Below are positions 18,699 through 27,246 of a stretch of DNA of 64,000 nt, piece after piece. Where the stretch lies: assembly GCA_963754315.1 (NCBI GenBank), contig CAVWFS010000008.1, positions 448,001-512,000 of the forward strand. Direction: 5' to 3'. Positions within the stretch are counted from its first letter, which is position 1; each line of letters starts with the position of its first letter. The notes beneath the pieces were generated by a model. That model saw only the letters and a list, made by a program, of their open reading frames with translations, ran no database searches and was not told the origin of the DNA. The position numbers and the translations under genes are program-made. This DNA is from an uncultured Candidatus Rokubacteria bacterium. Lineage in GTDB: Bacteria > Methylomirabilota > Methylomirabilia > Rokubacteriales > CSP1-6.

Positions 18699-19234
18699 TC
18701 ACGCCTCCGGGTCGCCGAGCAGCAGACGCTCGATGCGAGCCAACGCGTCATCCGCCCGCGTCCGCACCGTCGCCTGGTCGAGACTCCCGAAGGGATGTGC
18801 GACCACCACGAACGGATAGCTCGGGATCCCGTTGAGGGTGGCCACGGCCTCGGCCGTGAGCACGAAAGGCTCCGTGATCACCGCCACAGCGGGGATACCC
18901 TGCTTCTCGAAGTTGATGGCGTCGAGCACACTGCCCGACGAGCAGCTGCCTCAATCGCCGATCGCGGTGATGACGGCCGTACAGCGGCTGGCCAGGAGTG
19001 TCACGTCCTGAGGTCGGGCGGGAGCGCTGGCGTTTTTCTTGGTGACCCGCAGCAGTTCGCCGACTCCGTGCCGTGCGCACAGTTGCTCAGCGACGCGCTC
19101 GAGGAAAGCCATGCCGTGGGTCTTGCCATTCGCGAGCAAACCGAGGGTCGCCCCTGCGAGGCGCGGTGGCCGGGCCGCCGCCGCGCTTTCCGGGTCGGCT
19201 CTGCGCGCGAGGTCGGGTCGAGGATGCGTGTCAT
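18699..19234 (-). CDS. UGSC-family selenoprotein (in-frame TGA at 18951-18953 read as Sec; one-base frameshift near 19175-19190)
   Basis: ORFs 18951-19382 and 18699-18929 share a frame and are separated only by TGA: VITAIGD-U-GSCSSGSVLDAINFEKQGIPAVAVIT; ATG 19234 with AAGGAGGT RBS gives MTRILDPT. Confidence 0.85.
18926..18949 (-). promoter_or_regulatory. Candidate bacterial SECIS-like hairpin
   Basis: GCA-GCUGCUC-GUC-GGGCAGU-G-UGC stem-loop starting 1 nt after the UGA. Confidence 0.45.
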
Positions 19235-20325
19235 ACGGGGACCTCCTTGGTAATGAAGGGCACGCTGCGACCACGGCTCCAGGATGGAAAGAAGGCGCTG
19301 TGCCCTCCAGCCGCGCCTCCGCCCGCGCATAGCACGATGTCTTCGGGACCACGCCCCCGATGGACGGGAATCGCGTCGTCACCTGGCAAGACCCGCGCGT
19401 GAGTGTCGGGCCCGTCGAGGGCGGCGGGCGAGCCGCCGGGCGCGTGCCGGTACAGCCACTCCCGCATGTCCGGGCTCGTCAGGAACTGGGCTTCGATCTT
19501 GCCAGCGCGCTTGAGATCAGATAGGGGCCGCCGCGCGTGCTCGTAGAGCCAGGCCTGGGTGCGTGCGCGCGACCAGCCCGCTCGGGCCAGGTGCTGGGCG
19601 TGCTCGGGGGCCACGACGATGACCGATCGCCCCGGACTGAAGCTTCCCAGACTTGCCATCGTGTCGGCGAAGCTCAAGAGCAACCGCTCTGGCTCGCTCG
19701 CCGCGTGGACGAGGACGTTGTGGGGGGACTCGGCCGCGAACACGGTCACGGCCGACTGCTGCGTTCGGAAGCCTCGAGAGACATGGAGCGGCTCCCACGG
19801 GCTCGCCGCCTCGTGCTCGGCAAAGCAGAGGGTGTACTTACCCGCCCAACCCTGGGTTGACTGATCGAGCACCCCTGGGCGGCAGTCGAGGCAGTTCAGC
19901 AGCACGAGCCGGATCGCCCGGCCAATGGTGGCGTTGGCGCGGACGCCGGGCCCGAAGAGGTTGCCGCCCGCGTGCATCCCGATCGCGTCGCGCACGGGCC
20001 CGTTCACGATGACCATGAGAGCGGCCCCGCCCGTGCTCGTCGCTGGACCATGAAGCTGGAACTCGGGATCGCCGATGGCCAGGAGAGCCGCACCCACCAC
20101 GGGGAAATACTCCGGCCGGCAGCCGGCCATGACCGCATTGATGGCCGCGTGCCAGGCGCTGACCCTGCGATCGCGTACCGGCTCGTGCAGGAGGACCTCA
20201 TCGGCCGGCCACGGCCCGCCGGCGAGCATGCGCTCCACGAGCGGAGCCGTGGGAGGCACCACGGGCAGGCCATCCGTCCACTCCTGGGCGAAGCATGCCT
20301 CGATGGCCTGCCAGGGGTCTGCCAC
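19231..20325 (-). CDS. Uncharacterised TDGLP-motif protein (UGSC-associated)
   Basis: WTDGLPVVPPT, AINAVMAGCRPEYFPVV, RANATIGRAIRL, SPWEPLHV.RGF; stop overlaps the UGSC gene start (ATGA). Confidence 0.82.
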   Translation of the reverse strand: MADPWQAIEACFAQEWTDGLPVVPPTAPLVERMLAGGPWPADEVLLHEPVRDRRVSAWHAAINAVMAGCRPEYFPVVGAALLAIGDPEFQLHGPATSTGGAALMVIVNGPVRDAIGMHAGGNLFGPGVRANATIGRAIRLVLLNCLDCRPGVLDQSTQGWAGKYTLCFAEHEAASPWEPLHVSRGFRTQQSAVTVFAAESPHNVLVHAASEPERLLLSFADTMASLGSFSPGRSVIVVAPEHAQHLARAGWSRARTQAWLYEHARRPLSDLKRAGKIEAQFLTSPDMREWLYRHAPGGSPAALDGPDTHARVLPGDDAIPVHRGRGPEDIVLCAGGGAAGGHSAFFPSWSRGRSVPFITKEVPV

Positions 20326-20368
20326 ATCGAGGCCGGGATGCTCGGACGGGGTGAGCAGGTCGGAGACC

Positions 20369-21112
20369 CTACAGATACCTCGTCGGCCACATGATGGTGC
20401 GCCACATATGGGCGGAGGGGCTGGGGTCGAGGCCGAGTCCTTCCGCGGGCTGCTTGAAGTTGCGTCCGACGACGTCGGTGAACTCCTCCAGCTCCACCTG
20501 CACGTTAGGGTCGAAGGCGTACAGATCGTTGACGGTGAGCAGGCGCGCCGTCATGTACCACTTGTGCTGGCGCGCGTAGCGGTGGGCTTCCTGAATGTAC
20601 GGCTCGGGGACGTAGTCCGGACCGAACAGCTTCGCGTACAGATCGGGATACTGATATCCGACCGAGTCGTCCGGGAAGAACCGCAGGGCCTGGTGATAGC
20701 GGATGGCCCAGCTCACCTCTTCGTCGACGTAGGGCTCGACCAACTGGGCGGCCCAGTACCCATGGTCGCCCCGGATGAATCCGGCGATGGCAATGTCGTG
20801 CAGAAGACAGGCGAGGACGATCTTCTCACTCAGCCCGTTCTTCTGCGCGAGCCGGGCGCTCTGCAGGAGGTGATTGGCCGGAGCAAAGCGATACTTGAAG
20901 AAGTCGAACAAGGTCGGCCGATCAGGCATGCGCTCCAACCGGGGGTCGTCGCGCATGAGATAGCGCTTGCCCTGATCGGGCGGCCGCGGCATCGGGACCC
21001 TCGGGTCACGCTCGCCTGACGTGTAGATGACCGACTTCATGATGACCAGCCGGTCCAGTTCTTGACTCAGCGCGTGCTCGGCCGCTTCCGCTCGTTCGAG
21101 TGTCGTGCTCAT
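20369..21112 (-). CDS. HD-domain metalloprotein (PhnZ/TmpB-like motif spacing)
   Basis: NHLLQSA...ACLLHDI...DHG...IRYHQ...VND. Confidence 0.78.
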   Translation of the reverse strand: MSTTLERAEAAEHALSQELDRLVIMKSVIYTSGERDPRVPMPRPPDQGKRYLMRDDPRLERMPDRPTLFDFFKYRFAPANHLLQSARLAQKNGLSEKIVLACLLHDIAIAGFIRGDHGYWAAQLVEPYVDEEVSWAIRYHQALRFFPDDSVGYQYPDLYAKLFGPDYVPEPYIQEAHRYARQHKWYMTARLLTVNDLYAFDPNVQVELEEFTDVVGRNFKQPAEGLGLDPSPSAHMWRTIMWPTRYL

Positions 21113-21190
21113 GATCAGGATCATCGGTCCCCCCACCACTGCCTGTCAAGCGCCGGGTCGAGTATGCTGAGAGCAAGGAGACGTGAATCG

Positions 21191-21376
21191 ATGAGCGAGT
21201 GCAAACACGGCTTGAAGCACGGTTGCGTGTACTGCCACACCACCCGAACCCCCGGCGGCCCGCGGCCGTTACCCAAGCGGCCCACGCGAGCGTCCCGCCT
21301 GTCCGAGCAAATGAACGAGCGCATGACCGCCTTGAATCGCCGGCTGCGCGAGCTACGCCGCCCGTCTCCGGAATAG
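21191..21376 (+). CDS. Small basic Cys/His-rich hypothetical protein (61 aa)
   Basis: AAGGAG RBS, TATGCT -10-like box at 21163; MSECKHGLKHGCVYCH...LSEQMNERMTALNRRLRELRR. Confidence 0.6.
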   Translation: MSECKHGLKHGCVYCHTTRTPGGPRPLPKRPTRASRLSEQMNERMTALNRRLRELRRPSPE

Positions 21377-21498
21377 CGAGGCCATCGGCGCCCAACGTCC
21401 GGTTTGCCACGCCCGAAGAGATCGCCTCGACCAGTTCCGATCTGAACCCCGAGTCGTCTCGATCGTTTCGCGGACGTCCGGCGGCCACCCGGTCGTCA

Positions 21499-21529
21499 TT
21501 GACATGATTGTCATAACGACTTATACGAT
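21499..21529 (+). promoter_or_regulatory. Promoter with overlapping palindromic operator for the LLM-ABC-hydantoinase operon
   Basis: TTGACA at 21499; palindrome TGACA-TGAT-TGTCA; TATACGAT at 21522-21529; ATG 5 nt later with no RBS. Confidence 0.55.
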
Positions 21530-21534
21530 CTCCG

Positions 21535-22545
21535 ATGCCGCTCAAGTTCGGCGTGCACATCCCGACCTGCATCGAGGGCATGATGTATCCGGTGCCGTTC
21601 GCCACCCCGGAAGACATCCTGCCCATCGCGCTGCTCGCGGAACGGGTGGGTTTCGACTCCGTGTGGGGCAACGACCACATGACCACCCAGCGCTACGTGC
21701 AGCGCGAATGGCGAGAACCGCCGAGCTTCTACGAACCGCTCATCATCTTCAGCTACGTGGCGGCCCGCACCACTCGCATCCGACTGGCCACCGGAATCAT
21801 CGTGCTCCCCATGCGCACCATGCCCGTGCTCGCCAAGCAAGCGGCGACCCTCGATCAGCTCTCCGGTGGTCGGCTGATTCTCGGGGTGGGCACGGGCGCC
21901 TACCGCGAGGAGTACGAGGCGCTCGCCCCCGACGCCAAGAGCGCCCGTCGCGGTGACATTGTCGAGGAGGGGATGCGGGCCCTGCGCCTGCTGTTCACGG
22001 AGCGTAAGGCCACCTTCCGGGGCAAGCACGTGCGCTTCGAGGAGGTCGAGTGCTTTCCCAAGCCGCGGCAGACGCCGTTGCCGATCTATGCCGGGGGGAA
22101 TCATGCCGAGGTCCGGCGGCGTGCAGGCGAATACGGTGAGGGCTGGATGCCGGCCGTCCTCTCGCCTGATGAAATCCGCCGGGGCGTCGAGGACGTTCGC
22201 CGGGCAGCCGCCCGGGCCGGGCGCGAGGGGGCAGTCATCGACATCGCGCCGCAGTTCGCCTGCTCCATCGGCCGCACCCACGAGGAGGCCGTGCGCCGCT
22301 TCCACGCCTCCCAGCTCTTCAAACATCTAGAGTCGCTCAAGCGGTCGACCCTGCGCGATCAGCAGACGGGCGGGTTCGAGCAGCGAAACCTCATCGGCAG
22401 CCCGTCGGAGATCTGTGAGCGGATCCGCCTCTATCAACAGGCCGGGGTGACCACGTGCTCCGGCATCCTCTTCGTCGCCAACTCCGTGTCCGAGATGCAG
22501 GAGGCCATCGACCTCTTCGGGCACGAGGTCATCCCTCACTTCTGA
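21535..22545 (+). CDS. LLM class flavin/F420-dependent oxidoreductase
   Basis: AERVGFDSVWGNDH, AARTTRIRLATG, LAKQAATLDQLSGGRLILGVGTG. Confidence 0.92.
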   Translation: MPLKFGVHIPTCIEGMMYPVPFATPEDILPIALLAERVGFDSVWGNDHMTTQRYVQREWREPPSFYEPLIIFSYVAARTTRIRLATGIIVLPMRTMPVLAKQAATLDQLSGGRLILGVGTGAYREEYEALAPDAKSARRGDIVEEGMRALRLLFTERKATFRGKHVRFEEVECFPKPRQTPLPIYAGGNHAEVRRRAGEYGEGWMPAVLSPDEIRRGVEDVRRAAARAGREGAVIDIAPQFACSIGRTHEEAVRRFHASQLFKHLESLKRSTLRDQQTGGFEQRNLIGSPSEICERIRLYQQAGVTTCSGILFVANSVSEMQEAIDLFGHEVIPHF

Positions 22546-22569
22546 GCGATCGATCCAAGGAGGAACACC

Positions 22570-23736
22570 ATGCGCGTTGCCCTCGCCTTGCTCGTGGCCT
22601 TGCTCGCGGCGCTACCCCTCGCTGGCCGCGCTCAGGCACCGCCGATTCGGGTCGGCTTCGCCTCCGCCATGAGCGGCCCCGCCGCCATCACGGGGGAGGG
22701 CGTTCGCTGGGGCGGCACCCTGGCCGTCGAGGAGATCAACGCAAAGGGCGGAGTTGGCGGCCGAAAGCTCGAGGCCTACTTCGCCGACAACAAGGCCACG
22801 CCGGGCGAGGCGGTGAGCGCCGTGCGCAAGCTGGCCGACGTGGACAAGGTGGACGTCATCATCGGCCAGACGCACAGCGGAGCCTGCCTGGGAGCGATGC
22901 CGGTGGTGAAGGAGATCGGCGTGCCCATGGTGATCGAGGCGTGCTCCCACCCGCAGATTCGCGCGCTGTCGGGGAAGGGCGGCAACGAATGGACGTTTCG
23001 GGTCGCCCTCGACGACGAGATCATGGCCCACACCTTTGCCCGCTACATGGTGCGCCAGGGGGTGAAGACGTCCTCCGTCCTCGCCATGAACAACGACTTC
23101 GGGCGGGGCGCCGCCAACGCCTACGACGCGGCCTTCAAGAAGGCGGGCATCACGCTTACCTCCACCGAGTTCTTCGACCCGGGGCAGCCGGACTACCGGC
23201 CGGTGCTGACCCGGCTGAAGCGGGCGGGGGCGGAGACGATCCTCGGCGTGATCCTGGCGAGCGATGGCGCCCCGTTCATGCGACAGTTCCGGGAGCTCGG
23301 CCTCAGCCAGAAGATCTACTCGCGCGGAAGCCTCGCTTCTGCGGAGTTCTTGCACCAGGTGCGTGACAACCCGCGCATCGGCGACGGCGTCGTGGAAGCC
23401 GGCTACTGGGTTGTTGGCCTTGACCCGGAGTGGGATCGGAAGTGGCAGGAACGACACAACATCCCTCCGCGGATCCACGGCAGCCTGGCCGCCATCGCCC
23501 TCAAGTGGGCCGTGGTGCCCGCCATCGAGATCGCGCAAAAGAAGGCGGGCAAGGTTGACCGGGCGACCATCCGAGCGGCCCTCACCGAAGTCGACGTCAA
23601 GGATTCTCCGCTCGGTCCGATCAAGTTCGACGCCAATCACCAGGCCTGGATCAACATGATTCTGATCGAGATGCAGGACGGAAAGCTGCGCATCGTCGAG
23701 AAGCTCCCCACGAGCCCCGCGCTGGTGAATCAATGA
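22570..23736 (+). CDS. Branched-chain amino acid-type ABC transporter substrate-binding protein
   Basis: Signal peptide; SGPAA, AVEEINAKGGV.GRKLE, NNDFG. Confidence 0.92.
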   Translation: MRVALALLVALLAALPLAGRAQAPPIRVGFASAMSGPAAITGEGVRWGGTLAVEEINAKGGVGGRKLEAYFADNKATPGEAVSAVRKLADVDKVDVIIGQTHSGACLGAMPVVKEIGVPMVIEACSHPQIRALSGKGGNEWTFRVALDDEIMAHTFARYMVRQGVKTSSVLAMNNDFGRGAANAYDAAFKKAGITLTSTEFFDPGQPDYRPVLTRLKRAGAETILGVILASDGAPFMRQFRELGLSQKIYSRGSLASAEFLHQVRDNPRIGDGVVEAGYWVVGLDPEWDRKWQERHNIPPRIHGSLAAIALKWAVVPAIEIAQKKAGKVDRATIRAALTEVDVKDSPLGPIKFDANHQAWINMILIEMQDGKLRIVEKLPTSPALVNQ

Positions 23737-23740
23737 TAAA

Positions 23741-23860
23741 TGGGGGGAGCGAGCGCCGCGCCTTCCTTTGAAAAGGGGGGAGCGTGCGCCGCTCCCCCCT
23801 AGCCCCCCACCGCTTTTGGTATGCGCCAATGGGTGGGATTACGCCGGCTTAGCCGGCGTT
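23741..23860. repeat. Intergenic hairpin cluster (REP-like) after the binding-protein gene
   Basis: GGGGGGAGCG-TGCGC-CGCTCCCCCC followed by AGCCCCCCA; a second GGGGGGAGCG at 23742; perfect ACGCCGGC-TTA-GCCGGCGT at 23841-23859. Confidence 0.65.
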
Positions 23861-23943
23861 CGGATCGAGGATCGGCGGCTCGGCGCAGCCTTGAGTCCGT
23901 GGCCAGGGGACGGAGGATGATGCTGGTGCGGGCGGCAAGCTGA

Positions 23944-24813
23944 GTGCTCGATTTTTTGGAGCAGCTCGTTCATGGGCTCACGTTGGGGTCGATGTATGCG
24001 ATGGTGGCGGCGGGGCTGGCCCTCATGCTGGGGGTGGCGCGGCTGATCAACTTCGCCCACGGCGAATTTTTCATGCTCGGCGCCTATGCGTTCTGGTACG
24101 CCTACCGGGAACTGGATCTTCCGTACGTGGTGGCCGGGCTCCTGGCTCCCATCCTGATGGTCGTCTTCGGCGTAGCCTACGAACACACGGTGATCCGCGC
24201 CATTCTGCCTCGCTCGTGGCACGTCCAGCTCATCGCGACCCTGGCCACGTCCATCGTGCTCACGAACCTGGCCATCATCGTCTTCGGCACTCAACCGAAG
24301 GAGGTTCCGACCACCCTGTCGGCACGCATTCTGGCCGTGGGCGGCTTGCGCCTGGCCTGGCAGCGATTGCTCGTGCTGGGTGCAAGTCTTGTGATCTTCT
24401 GGGCCCTCCATAGGTTTGTCACTCGAACACGCGCGGGCAAGGCCATGCGCGCGATGTCGCAGAATCGGGAGGCGTGCGCGGTGGTCGGCGTTGACGTGCA
24501 GCGCGTCGCCCTGCTGACGTTCGGTCTGTCGGCGGCGCTGGCGGCCGCGGCGGCGGTCCTCGTGTCGCCACTGTTCAACATCTTCCCCGACATGGGCGCC
24601 GGGCTGACTCTCAAGGCTTTCGCGGCCGTGGTGGCCGGCGGCCTCGGCTACGTCAACGGAGCGATCGCCGCCAGTTTCCTGATCGGGGTGAGCGAGGCCC
24701 TGGCCGGAAGCTACGTCTCCTACGCGTACAAGGACGCCATCGCGTTCCTGATCATGATTGGTGTTCTGCTCTGGCGGCCCCAGGGTCTGTTCGGGCGCCG
24801 ACTAGGAATTTGA
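23944..24813 (+). CDS. Branched-chain amino acid ABC transporter permease (LivH-like)
   Basis: GLTLGSMYAMVAAGL, INFAHGEF, GKAMRA, LWRPQGLFG. Confidence 0.92.
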   Translation: MLDFLEQLVHGLTLGSMYAMVAAGLALMLGVARLINFAHGEFFMLGAYAFWYAYRELDLPYVVAGLLAPILMVVFGVAYEHTVIRAILPRSWHVQLIATLATSIVLTNLAIIVFGTQPKEVPTTLSARILAVGGLRLAWQRLLVLGASLVIFWALHRFVTRTRAGKAMRAMSQNREACAVVGVDVQRVALLTFGLSAALAAAAAVLVSPLFNIFPDMGAGLTLKAFAAVVAGGLGYVNGAIAASFLIGVSEALAGSYVSYAYKDAIAFLIMIGVLLWRPQGLFGRRLGI

Positions 24814-24814
24814 T

Positions 24815-25780
24815 ATGCGGCGCTCGCTCTGGGCCGTGGTGGGCGTGGTGGCGGTGGCGGCGCCGTGGCTGGTGGCGGTCGTGGCGCCCGGGCAGCAGCG
24901 TTACATCATCCACGTGCTGATCTTTACCATGCTGTTCGCTGCCCTCGCGCTCTCCTACGACCTCGTGGTCGGTCACGTCGGAAGCCTCTCACTCGCCCAT
25001 CCAGCTTTTTTCGGTGTGGGCGCGTACACGGCCGCGATCCTTTCTACGCGAGCCGGGTGGCCGTTCGCCGCCGACGTGCTGGCGGCGGTCGTCCTGGCGG
25101 GGACGGTGGCGGCGCTGGTCGGAGTGCCACTCTTCCGCCTCGTCGAGCATTCCTTTGCCGTGGGCACGCTCGGTTTCGGGCTCGTCGCCTGGATCGTTGC
25201 CACCAACTGGGTGGAGGTCACGCGAGGCCCACTCTGCATCACCGGAATTCCAAAACCGGCTCTCCGCATGCCAGGCGGAGCGATGCTCACGATCGCGACC
25301 CTTCCCGCGTACTACTGGCTTGCCCTCGGGGGACTTGTGGTCGTCATGCTGCTCTACCTCGGCCTGACCACGTTCCGGCTGGGCCGCGCCTTCCACGCGG
25401 TGCGCGACAACGAGTCGCTGGCAGCCTCGGCCGGCATCGACCCGCTGAAGTACCGGATGCTGGCCTTCACCGTCGCGGGAGGGCTGGCGGGCGGTGTCGG
25501 CGCTCTGTACGCCCACTATCTGTCCGTCATCTGCCCGGAGGAGATGACGGTCGCGCTCACCGTGAACTTGCTGGTGATCGTCTTCTTGGGTGGCGTCGGG
25601 AGCTTGCGCGGGGTGCTTGTGGGGGCGGCGCTCTTCACGGCGCTGCCCGAGATCTTGCGACTGGCGCCCACGTGGCGGCTGGTGATCTATGGAGGCTTGC
25701 TGCTCGTCATCGTGATCCGCTCCCCCGAAGGCATCGAGGGGTTGCTGCGCCGCCCGGCCGGGCCGCGTGTCGCTCGCTGA
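24815..25780 (+). CDS. Branched-chain amino acid ABC transporter permease (LivM-like)
   Basis: SLAHPAFFGVGAY, GRAFHAVRDNE, LGGVGS, PEGI. Confidence 0.92.
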   Translation: MRRSLWAVVGVVAVAAPWLVAVVAPGQQRYIIHVLIFTMLFAALALSYDLVVGHVGSLSLAHPAFFGVGAYTAAILSTRAGWPFAADVLAAVVLAGTVAALVGVPLFRLVEHSFAVGTLGFGLVAWIVATNWVEVTRGPLCITGIPKPALRMPGGAMLTIATLPAYYWLALGGLVVVMLLYLGLTTFRLGRAFHAVRDNESLAASAGIDPLKYRMLAFTVAGGLAGGVGALYAHYLSVICPEEMTVALTVNLLVIVFLGGVGSLRGVLVGAALFTALPEILRLAPTWRLVIYGGLLLVIVIRSPEGIEGLLRRPAGPRVAR

Positions 25781-26535
25781 TGCCGCTGCTCGAGGTCCAC
25801 GGGCTGGTCAAGCGGTTTCTCGGGGTCACGGCCCTGGACGGCGTGGACTTCAGCATCGAGCCCGGCGAGCTTGTGAGCCTCATCGGGCCCAACGGTTCTG
25901 GCAAGACAACGCTCTTCAACTGCGTGACCGGTTACCTCGCACCGGATCACGGCCGCGTGCTCTTCCGGGCCCGTGATGTGACACGCGCCGCGCCCCACCA
26001 GGTGGCCCGCCTGGGTCTGGGCCGCACGTTTCAGCAGGTGAGCGTCTTCGGGCGCCTCACCGCGCTAGAAAACCTTCTCGTCTTCCTGCAGCAGCACCAG
26101 GAGGAGCAACTGCTGGCCCGTCTGCTGCGGACACCTCGCTTGCGCAGGCTGGAAGGCCAGGCCATCGAGCGCGCCCGGATGCTGCTCGACCTGGTGGGGC
26201 TCGGCGAGCGAGCGGAGGCGCCCGCGGCCAGTCTTTCTTACGGCCAGCGTAAGCTTCTGGCCTTCGCGGCAGCGCTGATGTCCGATCCCGACCTGCTCCT
26301 GCTGGACGAGCCCGCGGCGGCAGTGAACCCCACCATGATCAACCAGATGAAGGACCACATCGTGGCGCTGCACCGTCAAGGGAAGACGGTGTTGCTCGTG
26401 GAGCACAACATGGACGTGGTCATGGATATCTCGCGGCGCATCGTGGTGCTCGACCACGGCCAGAAGATTGCCGAGGGGCCGCCGGAGGTGATCCGGCGGG
26501 ACCCACGGGTCATCGAGGCGTACTTTGGCCGGTGA
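25780..26535 (+). CDS. ABC transporter ATP-binding protein (LivG-like)
   Basis: GPNGSGKTT Walker A, LSYGQ, LLLLDEP, VEHNMD; TGATG overlap with the previous gene. Confidence 0.92.
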   Translation: MPLLEVHGLVKRFLGVTALDGVDFSIEPGELVSLIGPNGSGKTTLFNCVTGYLAPDHGRVLFRARDVTRAAPHQVARLGLGRTFQQVSVFGRLTALENLLVFLQQHQEEQLLARLLRTPRLRRLEGQAIERARMLLDLVGLGERAEAPAASLSYGQRKLLAFAAALMSDPDLLLLDEPAAAVNPTMINQMKDHIVALHRQGKTVLLVEHNMDVVMDISRRIVVLDHGQKIAEGPPEVIRRDPRVIEAYFGR

Positions 26536-27244
26536 GCCCCCCCTGCTCGTGTTGGAGGAGCTCGTGGCCGGCTACGACGAGGTCGACGTGCTCCGCGGGG
26601 TCTCCCTGTCCGTTCAGCCAGGAGACATTGTCGCTATCATCGGAGCCAACGGAGCGGGCAAGTCAACCCTGCTCCGCACGGTCTTCGGCATGGTGCTGCC
26701 TCGCGCGGGCCGTATCCGCTTCGCCGGATCCGATATCGGCGGCCGACCCTCGGTGGAGGTCCTGCGGCGCGGCGTGGGGTACGTCCCCCAAGGGCGCTGC
26801 AATTTCCCCGCGATGACCGTGGAGGAGAACCTCGAGATGGGCGCCTATCTGCGTCGGGATCGGCAGGTGGGTGCCGATATCGCCGCCCTCTTCACCCGAT
26901 TTCCCGTCCTCGCCGACAAGCGCGGAGCGCCGGCGGGAACGCTGTCAGGTGGACAGCAGCAGATCCTCGAGATGGCGATGGCGTTACTGCTGCATCCGCG
27001 CCTGCTGCTCGTCGACGAGCCGTCCCTCGGCCTCGATCCGCGCATGGTGGAGGTCGTGTTCGAGACGATCCTGGCCATCAACGGCGAGGGCACCACGATC
27101 CTGATGGTCGAGCAGAACGCCAAGAAGGCGCTGTCGGTCTCGCATCGCGGGTTCGTCCTCGAGCTCGGGCGGAATCGGTTCGAGGGAACCGGCCGTATGC
27201 TGCTCGAGGATCCCGATGTCCGCCTACACTATCTGGGAGGCTGA
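26525..27244 (+). CDS. ABC transporter ATP-binding protein (LivF-like)
   Basis: GANGAGKST, LSGGQQQ, LVDEPSLGL, VEQN; true start probably GTG 26532 with one C missing in the following C7 run. Confidence 0.9.
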   Translation: MAGEPPLLVLEELVAGYDEVDVLRGVSLSVQPGDIVAIIGANGAGKSTLLRTVFGMVLPRAGRIRFAGSDIGGRPSVEVLRRGVGYVPQGRCNFPAMTVEENLEMGAYLRRDRQVGADIAALFTRFPVLADKRGAPAGTLSGGQQQILEMAMALLLHPRLLLVDEPSLGLDPRMVEVVFETILAINGEGTTILMVEQNAKKALSVSHRGFVLELGRNRFEGTGRMLLEDPDVRLHYLGG

Positions 27245-27246
27245 AC

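Noticed and set aside
17208..19253. 681 aa ORF suggesting a large amidohydrolase fusion
   Set aside because: Its N-terminal part overlaps the ABM gene in another frame and its C-terminal part is antisense to the UGSC gene; the real domain spans ~17538-18667
21377..21480. RFATPEEIA, resembling an SDR C-terminal remnant
   Set aside because: Only about nine residues of similarity, too little to call
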